Assembly: GCF_902713615.1 (NCBI RefSeq)
Contig: NC_052151.1
Coordinates: forward strand, 103,561,304 to 103,625,303
Source: Scyliorhinus canicula
Lineage: Eukaryota
Direction: 5' to 3'
DNA: 64,000 nt
The notes beneath the pieces are model-generated. The model was not told the origin of the DNA and did no database searches. It worked only from the letters and a program-made list of their open reading frames with translations. Below are positions 50,328 through 63,552 of the stretch, piece by piece. Positions within the stretch are counted from its first letter, which is position 1. Each line of letters starts with the position of its first letter. Made by a program: the position numbers and the translations under genes.

Positions 50328-50962
50328 CCTCCCTCCTCTTCCCCCCTACTCTTCCACCCCCCCCTCCTCTTCCCCTCCCCCCCACCTCCTCTTCACTTCC
50401 CCTGCCCCCACCTCCTCTTCTCCTCCCACCACCTCCTCTTCCCCTCCCCCACCTCCTCTTCCCCTCCCCACCTCCTCTTCCCCTCCCCCACCTCGTCTTC
50501 TCCTCCCCCCTCGTCTTCCCCTTCCCCCCCACGTCTTCCCCCCACTTCCTCTTCCCCTCCCCCACCTCTGCTTCCCCTCCTCTACCCCCCCACCAACCCT
50601 CCTCTTCCCCTCCCACACCCCATCCTCCTCTTCCCCTCCCGCACCCCATCCTCCTCTTCCCCTCCCCACCCTCCTCTTCCCCTCCCGCACCCCATCCTCC
50701 TCTTCCCCTCCCCCACCCCCTCCTTCCTCTTCCCATCCACCCCCTCCTCTTCCCATCCACCCCTCCTCTTCCCATCCACCCCCTCCTCTTCCCATCCACC
50801 CCTTCTCTTCCCCTCCCCATCTCTTCTCCTTCCCCAACCCCCTTTCCCCCCCATCCCTCATCCCCACCCCCTCCTCTTTTCCCCCTCCCCCCCACCTCCC
50901 CATATCCCCTTTTCCCTCTTTCTCCTCCCCACCAACCGCCTTTTCCCCTCTCCCCCCCTCAC
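50328..50962 (+). repeat. ~630-bp polypyrimidine/polypurine low-complexity minisatellite
   Basis: Reiterated cctcctcttcccctccc / cccatccacc units, almost no G on +. Confidence 0.92.
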
Positions 50963-51783
50963 TCATCGCACTCCCCGGTTTATGGTACTAGCGGCCATAA
51001 AGCATGTCACAGTCATTTCAACAAGCCAGGGAGAAGGTGACTGTGCAAGTTAAGTGTGAGCAGGGTTATGGTGATAAGGGGAGGGTCAGGGTGAGGGGGC
51101 CATTAGTGATCAGATGGGGTCAGATGGTTGGGCGGTTGTGGTTGAAGGGCGGCTGGGAGGTGGGGTTCAATAGGGGAGGGGGGTTTGCACTGAGGTGAGT
51201 TGGAGGAGGGGGATATAGCAGTTTTCAGTATTATAGTTACCCAGCTGTTAGATATGGTTTAATTCCTTCTTTTCTTGGTAACTGTTCTGCTAAGAGAGTT
51301 GGAACCATCCAAAGTCTCCAATTTAAACTGGACCATCAGATGGCTTATGGTGCAGGGTGAAGGGGTTAAAATCATTGTGTACAACGGCACTCTACTGTGA
51401 GACTGTCAAAGTTACACAGCCATGGAAGTGGTAAAAATAGGGGAAGATTTGAATAGACCACAGGGGCACCATTGTTCAGTCTCTGCTCCAGGTAATAGTC
51501 AAGGATTGCAGACATGTTTGGGTAGGCCACAATAAGTCACTGCATAGAATAACAGACAGTCAAGGACCACAAATGTGTGTGTTTGCTGGGAGTATGAACT
51601 GTGTATAGATGCCTTGTTAGTAACTGGATATTGTAATTAGGGAAGCATAGGAAAATTGTAATTGTTCAAGCATACTAACGTGATATAAATGAAGTAATCA
51701 GAATTACGAACTGTAATTGGATATTTATTAACTTAGATCAAATCTATATTTTTTATTGGTATATGCAAATCACCAAGATAATA

Positions 51784-52100
51784 GGGTGGCATGGTGGCAC
51801 AGTGATTAGCACTGCTGTCTCACAGCGCCAGGGACCGGGTTCAATTTCAGCCTTGGCTGACTGTATGGAGTTTGTATCTTCCTCCAGTGTCTGCGTGGGT
51901 TTCCTCTGGGTGCTCCAGTTTCCTCCCAAAGATGTGCAGGCTAGTTGAATTGGCCATGATAAATTGCCCTTAGTGTTCAAAAGATAAGTTGGGGTTACTG
52001 GCGCATGGGGGAGTGGGTCTAGGAAGGGTGCTCTTTCAGAGGATCGGTGCAGACTCTATGAGCCGAATGGCCTCCTTCTGCACAGTAGGAATTCTATGAT
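51784..52100 (+). mobile_element. HE1-like SINE
   Basis: Head, V-body and gccgaatggcctccttctgcac tail. Confidence 0.85.
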
Positions 52101-53237
52101 AAGCAAAAGGTATAATTGCCACTGTATTTCTTTGTTCTGGGAGCTGGCACACCACATGGATGACTAGCTCCCATGCTATAGCTGGAAATAAAGGCTGTTT
52201 TAAAAAGAATCTCCCTCTGGTTACTTGTGTAAGTTAGGTACACGATAGCCAAATAGCTGTCTTCGCTCCCTGCTTTGCAATCAGCTCCCTACAACCATAT
52301 CCCATTTATCTCCTGACCATTTTCCATCTCGTCTTGCTCGAATTCTTCTCTCTTCCTTACTTATACCAGTCTCCTTCCACTGTCTTCTTGATATTGTTTC
52401 CTCCCGATACTCAAGTAATTCTGTCACACTCAGTTGGTGAACCAAGCCAGTATCTCTCCTTCTTTATTCTTCCTTGCTTAATCTCAAAGTATTTTATCAA
52501 ATTAAGTTATTAATTTACAGGAAACTCTGTCCCTTCCTCATTGCATTTATGCAGCTCACAAAGGCGTTGACTATCTCAACCACAGAAAAAGGCATAATGT
52601 TTGGCCGGCTGTGTCTCCTTTCAGTGTTCATGGAAATGTCTGACTTTCAAAGAGCTAAAGGGGTAACTTTCTGCTGTGCTCTCCTGATGGGGAGCTTTAC
52701 TCACTGGAAGGGCTTATCTGAAATTCAATTAATGTGACTGGTTGGAAAATCTCACATTTCCCGGCAGGATTCCCCATCAGCAATGTGTCAGAAAACTACT
52801 TAAGTTTTCAGACAAAGTAATCACTTCCTTTTGTAAAGGTCAAGCTATGTTGGTTGAGAAGCAAGTCCATATGTAAAGAAGTAACCATTTTGGGACCTGG
52901 GACCGCAAAAAATTTACCGAATGTATGTAATTAATAACGTGCATCTCAAGAACTGGCCAAGTTTACATCCTTTTGTAATTTTGAAATGGGTGTAAGCCAT
53001 TCTTTTCTTAAGTAAAATATGCAAGCAATATGTATTCTAGTTAGTTTTTTCTTTTTTTGTGGAGTTTTGTTACATTCTGTAGTCAGAACTAGTTTTTTTT
53101 AGAAAAGCAAGCCATTTGACAGAACACAAGTATCTTTCAATTATTTTATACTGCTTCAGAATAGGTATTAGCTTTTAAGTTAAAAAGTCAACTAATAGTT
53201 GCATTTATTCAATATTACATTTAGAGCAATTCTGTAC

Positions 53238-53376
53238 CTTTTCTTAACGATCATTACCACAACCAGGAGCAGGAGGATGAAAACCAGAATTCCAGCACTG
53301 ATTCCAGCTATTTTCACGACACGATCAGTTTGCTTGACAGGGTCAGGGACCACCTCAGGTTCTTCAGTTGTGGCAG
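53238..53376 (-). CDS. PTPRK: PTPRK transmembrane-domain exon (139 nt, phase 1 to 2)
   Basis: Translates (A)ATTEEPEVVPDPVKQTDRVVKIAGISAGILVFILLLLVVVMIVKK, near-identical to vertebrate PTPRK as recalled; acceptor ctgactaatttag|CTGCC, donor AAAAG|gtacag. Confidence 0.96.
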
Positions 53377-56300
53377 CTAAATTAGTCAGAAGAAGTATTT
53401 GCATCAAAGCATGTAATTATTGCTGACAGGGAAATGATCTTTAATGTCATTTTCATACAGTACACTTCAAAAATCCAGGTACAATTCATAAAACATTTGA
53501 TCCCACTTATGTGACAATTATATTTTGCTATGTCACATTTTCTGCTACCCTAACAATTCAACAAGCAGAAAATATGTCTTTAATAATAATTTTAATGATA
53601 AAGAACAAAGGTGAGAAATTTAAGTAAAGACATAGCATGAGCATTGTGGTTTAAAAAAATCTTTGTAGTTGCATAGAAATTTGCAGCACAACTTGTATTG
53701 AAAATAATTCAATTTGGTCCAGTTAAGAAATCATGCATTTCAGATGTATGAATTTACATACTGAAATGCCATTCTCATGGAGACATCCAATGTCAAATGA
53801 ACTTGTGAAAACAGTTTAAATTCTCATTTATCAGTTTTAAAAGGATGAGGTGGAGATACAAATAATAACTTGGAAGTATTTTTGCCAAGCAACATTAATT
53901 ATACATAAGGTGCAATTGGCATACAGGTTCATGAACTGATCAGAAATATTTTCACAGAAAAATTTATATGCTAATCCATAATGACACTTTGATCAATTTT
54001 CAAAAGAAAATTTAAAGCGACTTTGCCACTGCATTCTTATTATAAACAGTAACCATTAAACTTACTTCAGCAAAGAAGCTTCAATTAAATTCTGGTGGGG
54101 AAATGTTAGCTTAAATGCACTGCTTATGGGCATGTTAAAGCTATAATTAATATAGCAATTAAAATTGTACATCACCATTCAGGAGAAAACAAATTATTGC
54201 ATTGGATTGGTTTAGGTGCTGGATCACTGAAATGGTTAGGTATTTTGGATGAATTACACTAACCAATCTATGCATTACAGTAGATGGTAAACAAAGTATT
54301 TCTGAATGGATCTATAATGTCATAAACACATCACATTTTGAGTAATAATAGTTATTTGTTACATAACCATGTGGTGAGTGGGGGTTATTGAGATGAAGGG
54401 TTACACCTAAAATGCTAACCTATCTGACTGAGATGTTGGCCGATCCAAATGCACTTTCCGATAATTTCGTTTTGGGTCAGAATAATTAATTTCTACAATA
54501 CAGTCAGCACCAAGTAATTTTAACACACTTTGCTCTTGAATACAGTAACATTGAGCTGTATGAATTTGCTAATTTTGTTTATTTGGGAATATGCAAAATT
54601 TAATGTGCTCAATTTCACAAGATAAACCTGTCGCTGCAAATATAAGTATAATCTTGCAAAGGCAAGCTTATCCTGTGAAACCGAGCATGATGTTTTGCAA
54701 TGTACTGAGCCGATCCAAATTACGCATTTTCAAACAATTTTGTAAAAGAAATGTAAGCATATTCGATCCAAGCTAATGACACTGGTGATACATCCAAGCT
54801 ACTATTAAAGAAACAGGACTTGTTTCAAACATCCATCTTTCTTTCCACGCACAGTCTGAACTTTAAAACCCAAATAACCATGGTGAAATTGATCAGCTCT
54901 TTCAGTGTGGCCTAGGTTGCTTCTTAATCATCAACAAGTGGTACACTACAAAAAATGGAGACTGGCTTTTGTCGGGACTGTCAAGATCCCAGTGTTGGGC
55001 CCACTTAGTAGCTGGGAACCCAGAATTGGTTGTGGCTGGATATTGCTTGTCATCTTCCGAGAGGCAGAACGTTAAGAAGTTGCCTCGGAGAGCACTGTCC
55101 AAACAAAGACTGTGGTAAGACCAATGAGATGAGGAGCCTATTCGGAGGGCCTGCCAGGATGTCCAGCTGGCAGCACCACTGGGAGAGGTGGGCACTGCTG
55201 AGGCAAGCAGACGACTTCGAGGATGTGTTATAATCAAAGAGCTTTCTGCAGGATTGTAAAATGCTAAAAATACTGTCGCTCCCCTGTAGGTCCATCCTGG
55301 GTGGTGGTGAGGTGGTGTCGATAGCACCCAGCCTGCTGCTGGAATGTCACTTCCATTTCAATTTCACACTCGGTTTCAGCAGGGAAGGGGCCTAGTAACC
55401 ATTGGGAAGATCGTTTTGGCAATGATATCTCCCCCAATTGTCAAGACCACTCAGAAGTAGAAACATGTCGAGTAGAACATGTCGAGTAGCTAATCTAGTG
55501 CTTTAATTTCTGTTTTCGCTTCTGGTCCTGGCTCCATGGGACGACAATAACCCAGCCCAAAGGGGAGACAGAATTCGCTAGTGAATTTTTTTTGCTGTGC
55601 ATGAAAAGATTCTAACTGAAAGTTACATTTTATTCATAAAGGAATTTAGATTAGCCATGAACTTGGACACAGACTCATCAAATTTGTAAGTGAAACCGTA
55701 TAAATTACCATTGCACTTTGAAAAGGTGAACAGTGATTGAAATGTAACCTCTTTCACCTTGCAACTACTGCTGTTAACTGCAGAAAAGCTGCCAAATGAA
55801 GCTACTCAACTTTATTTTTAAAAAACTGATTATATGCAAATACATTTTCACTTTGTAGTTTTACCGCTAATTCTTTCTGCATTGCTTTAACAGATAGAAT
55901 CTCAAAAATACTTTCAAAACCATGACCAACTATTCATTATGAATATGGCTATCCATCCAACTCATGTGGCTGAGCCTGCCTTCCCCCCATATCCTTTGAT
56001 CCCCTTCACCCCAAGTGCGATATGTAACTGCTTCTTGCCTCAACTACTTTCTGTGGTAATTGACATTCCTCAACGAAGCAACTGTTAAACACCAGGCTGG
56101 GTAGTATGCCTGCATTTTGTGTTGTAAATTTGTAAGGACAATATTTTCTCCAAAATAAACTTGCTACTTTACTCGCCTAGTGTAACAAATTCGGTAAGTA
56201 GCACTGAAGTGAGTCCATTAGAGATGAAACAACAACCAACTACATTGTGTCAAAAGATAACCCGATTAAGGCTAGTTTTCCTGTTTCGTACCGCAAGGTT

Positions 56301-57382
56301 TTGCAATAACTTTTGTCATCACGTCAGTAAACAGAGAAACATATATTCCATTGTTTCTGCAGTCAACTTTATTCTAGTTTTATTTCTGTTAAATAAACAG
56401 CAGTAAAGCATAGATTTAATGCAACTGACAAAATGGCTAAAGTAAGTACTGAAGCTTGTAGGAAAGCAATTAGCAGTGCTGCTTACGTTAAATTTAAAAT
56501 TCCCAATATAGTTAATGTGGTTCTGGCTGTACTGTAGAGATCTGCAGCCACAGAGGCAAGAATCTCGACACTATTTTGGTGACATTGCTACCCCTGGCTC
56601 CACAAACATGAATGACAATTATGGTAACAGAAGGAAATGCTCTCCGTGTGAGGCAGCGATTCATGCAGGCTGATTCAGTCCATCAGGTCACGTCACTACA
56701 TCACAAAGTTCTATGACTATACACAAAATGCAAAGAAAAAGTCTACCATAGTGAAAGAATTTTACAACTATCCATAACTCCATACTCAAATGTATTATGA
56801 ATTTCATAATTCTACCAAAAGCCAGTAAAAATCAGTCCTGTAGGGGGCAGCAAAACCTCTCCCCTCTTATTGTTGCCATTCCACATTTCATATGTCCACT
56901 GAATACTGTAAATGCCACTAAATTAAACTCATTTTCACACATGCAAGATGTGTTACATTTGAAACATGTTAACCTGACAAAGGGGTCAATATTTGGTTCT
57001 CAATTTGTTAAAGTGCACTACCCCCAATGCAGAGGCAGATTGACAATGACTTAACTTGAAAATCAAAGCAACTGATGCTACAGCAATCTTCTGAATTAAC
57101 ATTCAATCTTGGGCAAAAGCAGGTTAAAAGATAAACAACCTGGAACATTAGATCTGCTTTTCCCTTCTCAGATATTACCTGACCTGCAGACGGTTTCTAA
57201 CCTTCCCTGCTATTAATTCAGAATTCCAGCAACGACAATATTTTCCTTTTGATTAAAGCCAAAGATGTTTTCTTGTTCAAGGACATGTCAAAAGGTACGT
57301 TTAATGTCAGAAAACTTTAATATACTTGGTTTAGAATATTGCACATAGAAGAACAATTTGAACTTTTGCACATCTTTCTAAT

Positions 57383-57732
57383 TATAGAATTTACAGTGCA
57401 GAAGGAGGCCATTCAGCCCATCGAGTCTGCACCGGCCCTTGGAAAGAGCACCCCACTTAAGCCCCACACCTCCACCCTATCTCCTTTATCCCCGTAACTC
57501 AGTAACCTCACCTAATCTTTTTGAACACTAAGGGCAATTTAGAATGTTCAATCCGCCTAACCCGCACATCTTTCGACTGTGGGAGGAAACCGGAGCAGCC
57601 GGAGGAAACCCACACACACAAACGGGGAGAATGTGCAGACTCCGCACAGACAGTGACCCAAGCCAGGAATCGAACCTGGGACCCTGGAGCTGTGAATCAA
57701 CTGTGCTAACCACTGTGCTACCGTGCTGCCCT
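57383..57732 (-). mobile_element. HE1-like SINE
   Basis: Reverse complement of a full head-body-tail. Confidence 0.87.
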
Positions 57733-57789
57733 TAATGGCATGGTCCTACACAAAACCCCACTAAAATTCTGAATTTCACCAATCCATCA

Positions 57790-57915
57790 CCTCGTCGAAG
57801 GAAGGTGGGACTGAGACAAGAAGGGCAGGCTGCATCTAAACTGGAGGGGCACCAATTTGCTGGACAGGAGGTTTGCTAATGTGGTTCAGGAGGGTTTCAA
57901 CTAGTATTTAGTTTA

Positions 57916-57946
<31 letters not shown>

Positions 57947-60900
57947 GCTGTGGGAACCAGAGCAGCAGGCATGCAAGTGTAGAGACTGGGGAAGAACTTG
58001 AGACTAAGACAAGTACAGAAAAGAGGGCGAGCAGGCTAAGGGAAGTTGCTGATCTCTGGAGGGTCTGGAGATCTGGAGTGCGTGTGCTTCAACCCAAGAA
58101 GTATTAAAGAAAAGATGGATGAACTTAAGAGCTTGCATTGTGGGGAATTATAATACTGTTGCTATTATGGAGTCATGGTTAAAGGAGGGACAAGACTGGC
58201 AGCTTAATGTTCTGGGATATTGATGCTTTCGATGAGACAGAGGGGGTAGCAGAAAGGATTGCATTACTGGTTAAGGAACATATCACAACTGTGATGAGGG
58301 AGGCATTATGGTTGGATCTCACAAATAGGAAGGGTACAATCACAACATTGGGGTTGTACTATAGCTCACCCAATAGCCAGCGGGATACAGAGGAACAGAT
58401 ATGTAGTCAGATTCTGGAAAGATGAAAAAATAGCAGGGTTGTTGTGGTGGGTGATTTTAATTTCCCCCATATTGACTGGGACTCCCTTAGTGCCAGACGT
58501 TCGGATGGAGAGCAATTTGTTAGGTGTTTTTTGAAACAGTATGTTGATCGTCCAACCAGTGAGGGGGCCTTACTGGACCGAGTACTGGGGAGTGAGCCTG
58601 GCCAGGTGACCAAAGCTTCAGTAGGGGAACATTTTGGGAATTGTGATCAAAATTCCATAAGTTTGCAAATACTTATGGATGAGGACAAGAATGGTCCTCA
58701 AGTGAGGGTGTTAAATTGGTGGAAAGCTAACTACAACAGAATTTGGCAAGAGCTGGAGAATGTGGCTTGGGAGCGGTTTTTTAAGGGTAAATCCACATTT
58801 GATATATGGGAGTTTTTTAAAGACCAGTTTATTAGAGGGCAGGATAGGTATGTCCCTGCAAAAATGAAGGTCAGGAATGGCAGGATTAGGGAACCGTGGC
58901 TGACAGTGGAAACTGAGAGACTAGACAAAAATAAAAAAGCATACATAAGGTCTAGGCAACTAAAAACAGATGAAGCTTTTGAAGAATATAGGGAAAGTAG
59001 GAGCAAACTCAAACACGGAGATAGGAGGGCAAAAATAGGCCATGGAATGTCATTGGTAAGCAGGGCCAAGGGAAATCCCAAGGCCTAAGGAGCTAGGGAA
59101 AGAGTAAGCCCATTCAAGGACAAAAGAGGGAAATTATGCATGGAGTGAGAGGACCAAAAAGAAAATGCTGGAAAATCTCAGCAGGTCTGGCAGCATCTGT
59201 AGGGAGAGAAAAGAGCTAACGTTAGAGTCCAAATGACCCTTTGTCATAGCTAAAGACAGAGAAAGTGGGAAATATTTATACTGTGGAGTGTGAATGAAAG
59301 AAACCCAGGGATTTCCCTGATATTTTCCAGCATTTTCTTTTTGTTTTCAGATTCTAGCATCTGCAGTAATTTTCTTTTATATTTATTATGGAGTCAGAGG
59401 AAGTGGGTGTCATCCTTAATGAGTACTTTCCATCAGTATTCACGAAGGAGAGGGACATAATGGATGTTGAGGTTAGGGATGGGTGTGCGAATACTCTAGG
59501 ACATGAAGGTTGAAGTGTTGAATATCTTAACATGCCTTAAGGTAGACAGGTCCCTGGACCGGATGGAATATATTCCAGGTTACTGTGGGAGGTAAGAGAG
59601 GAAATATAGTAACTTCATTATAGTGTTAATGTAAGCCTACTTGTGACAATGAAGATTATTAAATTAAAATAGCGAGGGTTTGAACATATACCGTTGCATC
59701 ATGTTTGACCAGAGGACTGGAGAATAGCCAATGTTGTTCCTTTGTTTAAGAAGGAAAGCAGGGATAATCCAGGTAATTATAGGCAGGTGAGCCTGACATC
59801 AGAGGTAGGGAAGGACAGTGTTGGAGAAGATACCGAAGGACAGGATTTATTCACATTTGGAAGCAAATGGACTTGTTAGTGATAGGCAACATAGTTTTGT
59901 CTGAGGAAGGTCATGTCTTACCAACTTGATGGAGTTTTTTGAGGTGACAAAATTAATTGATGAAGGAAAGGCTGTGGATGTCATCTACATAGACTTTAGT
60001 AATGCATCTGACAAGGTCCTTCATGGCAGACTGGTACAAAAGATAAAGTTGCATGGGATTTGTGGTGTGACAGCTACATGGATAAAGAACTGGCTTGGCA
60101 ACAGGAGACAGAGAGTAACTGTGGAAGGGAGATTTTCAGAATGGAGGTCTGTAACTAGTGGTGTTCCAAAGGGAACAGTGTTGGGACCACTGTCGTTACT
60201 AATATATATATATATAGATATATATATATATATATAAATGATCTGGGGGAAAATGTAGATGGTCTGATTAGCAAGTTTCCAGATGACACTAAGGATAGGT
60301 GGAGTTGAGGATAGTGAAGGGGACTGTCAGAGAATACAGCAAAATATAGATAGATTGGAAAGTTGGGCAGAAAAATGGCAGATGGAGTTGAATCCTAACA
60401 AATGTGAGGTGATGCATTTTGGAAGATCACATTCAGGTGTGAATTATATATTAATTGGCAGAACGCTTTGGAGCATTGACATACAGAGGGATCTGGGCGT
60501 TCAGGTCTATAATTCTATGAAAGTGACACTGCAGGTGGAAAAAGTGGTAAAGAAGGCGTAAGGTATGCTTGTCTTCATCAGCCGGGGCATTGAGTACAAG
60601 AGTTGGCAGGTCATGTTACAGTTGCATAAAACTTTAGTTGAGCTATATTTGGAATATTGCGTTCAGTTCTGGTTGGCACACTACCAAAAGAATGTGGTTG
60701 CTTTGGAGAGAGTGCAAAGAAGGTTTACCAGGATGTTACCTGGTCTGGAGGGTGTTAGCTGTCAGGAGAAGTTGAATAAACTCGGATTGTTTTCGTTGGA
60801 AAGAAGGAGGCTGAGGGGAGACCTGATTGAGGTCGACAAAATTATGAGGGGTATAGACAGGGTGAATAGTCAGAAGCCTTTTCCCAGGGTGGAAAACTCA

Positions 60901-61190
60901 ATTACAAGGGGGCACATTTTCAAGGTGAGTGGGGGAAAGTTTAGAGAGAGATGTGTAAGGAAAGTTTTTCACGAGAAGGTTGTGGGTGCCTGGAACGCGT
61001 TGCCAGTGGAGGTGATGGAGGCAGGCACAATAGCAACATTTAAAATGCACCTTGATGGACACATGAACAGGTGGGGAATGGAGGGATACCGGTCGTTTGG
61101 ACAATAAGCAGTAGGTCTAAATAAGGAATCTGGATCAGCGCAGGCTTGGTGGGCTGAAGGGCCTGTTCCTGCTCTATACTGTTCTTTGTT
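57790..61190 (+). mobile_element. Near-full-ORF2 degraded CR1 LINE
   Basis: VVGDFNFPHIDW, LLDRVLGSEPGQV, YIDFSNASDKV, GAWNALP motifs; (TA)n expansion at ~60202-60234. Confidence 0.9.
59154..59387. mobile_element. Fold-back element (family of 30984-31218) in CR1
   Basis: Inverted arms; 14-bp TSD atggagt(g/c)agagga 59140-59153 and 59388-59401. Confidence 0.78.
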
Positions 61191-63020
61191 CAAACCCAGT
61201 TCAGAGACATACTGGCCATATTAACCTACCATAGCACCAGAATTTACGGTGAAACTAAAATATTCAGAATAATATTTGTAGTTGAAAAAAGCTATTGAAT
61301 TCCTGTGAAACAAAACAATGGACCGCTAGTAGATTAGATGGAAAATTGTCCTCATTTCTTTCCAGTGGTATGAAAAGATAACGTTTCCCCTTACTGAGAG
61401 AGGAGACTGTTTGCCCTGGAGTGATCATTAGAAGCATTTGTCACGACTCTACAATATCCGTGATTGAAATTACATAAACCCAATAGATTTCATTTATTAG
61501 TTTCTTTGTCCTTTCAACGAGAAGAGAAACTGCAGGGTCTCCTCTTTGTTGAATGCTGAATAAACATCAGTTTTGCTGACGAAAATAGATCACTGTTGCT
61601 ATTTAGTTTCTCCATGCATGTAAGCCAGCAGTAATAAACAGTATGAGATTGTCTTGCGAAAAAAGTCTACAACGATCTTGCCAAAGATTTAAATGGCTGG
61701 TCACAACAAGTGCCATGCACTCAATTCTATTTCCCCACCACAACCATGTCAATTAAACTCAATACCAGAGGAGCTGTGTGTTTTAATTTGTTTGGAACCC
61801 AGTGTTTTTCTTTTTTAAATGAATAATCATTAAAATTTTCAGATTTGGCACAATGGTACCATTCTCATACTGGAATCCAAACATTAAATTGAAATAGACT
61901 TGGATTACAGACACTAGGAGGAGTGTTTTGTGGAAGTAATACATAAATTCATAAAAATTATGAGCTTCTCTCATAAAGATGTAACAGTAAGATCTGGGTC
62001 ACTGGCTCATGTCATTCTCTAACACACAAACAGGCAGCTTTTATTAGTTGGAAGCCTCAAACATGGGCATGAGTCCTTTTTCTCAAAGTCAAATGTTGCA
62101 ATGCTAACCAATTGGTCAGAGTTTCTATTCTAAAGTGTTTACAGAACACGTCCTTCCTTCAGATTAGAAACCGACCTGAGGTTGGACAAAAGTTACTGAA
62201 GTGTTTCTAACTTTTTGAGGCAAACTCAATATTGAAAACAGGTGAGATGTCAGGAAAATTTAGCCTCACTCATGATCTAGTGATAGAATTTATAAAACTC
62301 ATTCTGCCGTGTTGGCCTGCATTTGGCCCATCAAGCCTAATTCATTCAGATCAAAGTATGATTGTTATATTGGGGCTCCAACTTATTCATTGTCATTTGG
62401 TAATCCAAATCTAAATGAAACTTTGCTTCCCTTAAATACCCCAAACAAACAAAAAATCAAGCTGTGCTATTAATACCTCTCAAACCCAGTTCTTAAAAAA
62501 ATATTGATCCAACCACCTTTAACAAGGATAAAATTATACAAGATCAACTATACATTCTGCAAGTCTGCTCCACAAATCCAACATTGTCTGTAGCTGCAGA
62601 AACACCTGTCAATTCCCCTAGCTATAAAATCACCTGTCACAATAGCTTTCCCAATCGCTCTCCTGCACCACACCTCCAACCCCGGCACAGTTAAGACACC
62701 TGTGGGATTGTGGATTTGGCTATTGTTGTACTCCTCAGAGGATCCATCAATATATTGCTCTCTCCTTTCTCTCGAGTTCCTCAACTGGGCAAGCAGCTGG
62801 CTGCATTATTTTAAATAATGGTGGAACACTAAATGAATACTTTATGGCAACTACCAGTGAAGTGGTCATCGGTGCACACGAGTCAATACTTATTGTTGCA
62901 TGGCAGCTGTATGTTGGATGAAGTGGAATCTCCTATGCTCTAGTAAAAGGTTGGCGATAGGGTAGGGGTCCACAAACCCACAACTAATCGTTCCTTTCAC
63001 TTTGGAATTCCAGCCTGATA

Positions 63021-63552
63021 ACACAAGAAGTCTGACAACACCAACATGTTCATTTCAAACACTAGCTTTCCACTGCTCCTTCCTCAGGTGAATGAAGAGG
63101 TATGTTCCAGAAACATATATATATAGACAAATTCAAAGATGCCAGACAATGCTTAGAATGCGAGCCTTTGCAGGTAATTCAGTCTTTATAGATCCAGAGA
63201 TAGGGGTAACCCCAGGTTAAAAAGGTGTGAATTGTCTCAAGCCAGGACAGTTGGTAGGATTTCGCAAGTCCAGGCCAGATGGTGGGGATGAATGTAATGC
63301 GACATGAATCCCAGGTCCAGGTTGAGGCTGCACTCATGTGAGCGGAACTTGGCTATAAGTTTCTGCTCGGCGATTCTGCGTTGTCGTGCGTCCTGAAGGC
63401 TGCCTTGGAGAACGCTTACCCGGAGATCAGAGGCTGAATCGCTTGACTGCTGAAGTGTTCCCCGACTGGAAGGGAACATTCCTGCCTGGTGATTGTCGTG
63501 CAATGTCCTTTCATTCGTTGTCGCAGCGTCTGTATTGTCTCGCCAATGTACC
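63021..63552 (-). mobile_element. Penelope-like element: inverted GIY-YIG endonuclease C-terminus and pseudo-LTR
   Basis: Reverse complement YIGETIQTLRQRMKGH...RRIAEQKLIAKFRSHECSLNLDLGFMSHY; hammerhead remnant 63060-63090. Confidence 0.85.

Noticed and set aside
50260-50966. Gly/Arg/Glu-rich ORFs of ~200 aa
   Set aside because: Translation artefact of a stop-free purine low-complexity tract
54902-55327. 141-aa minus ORF
   Set aside because: No splice signals or recognisable motif; probably a decayed repeat I cannot classify
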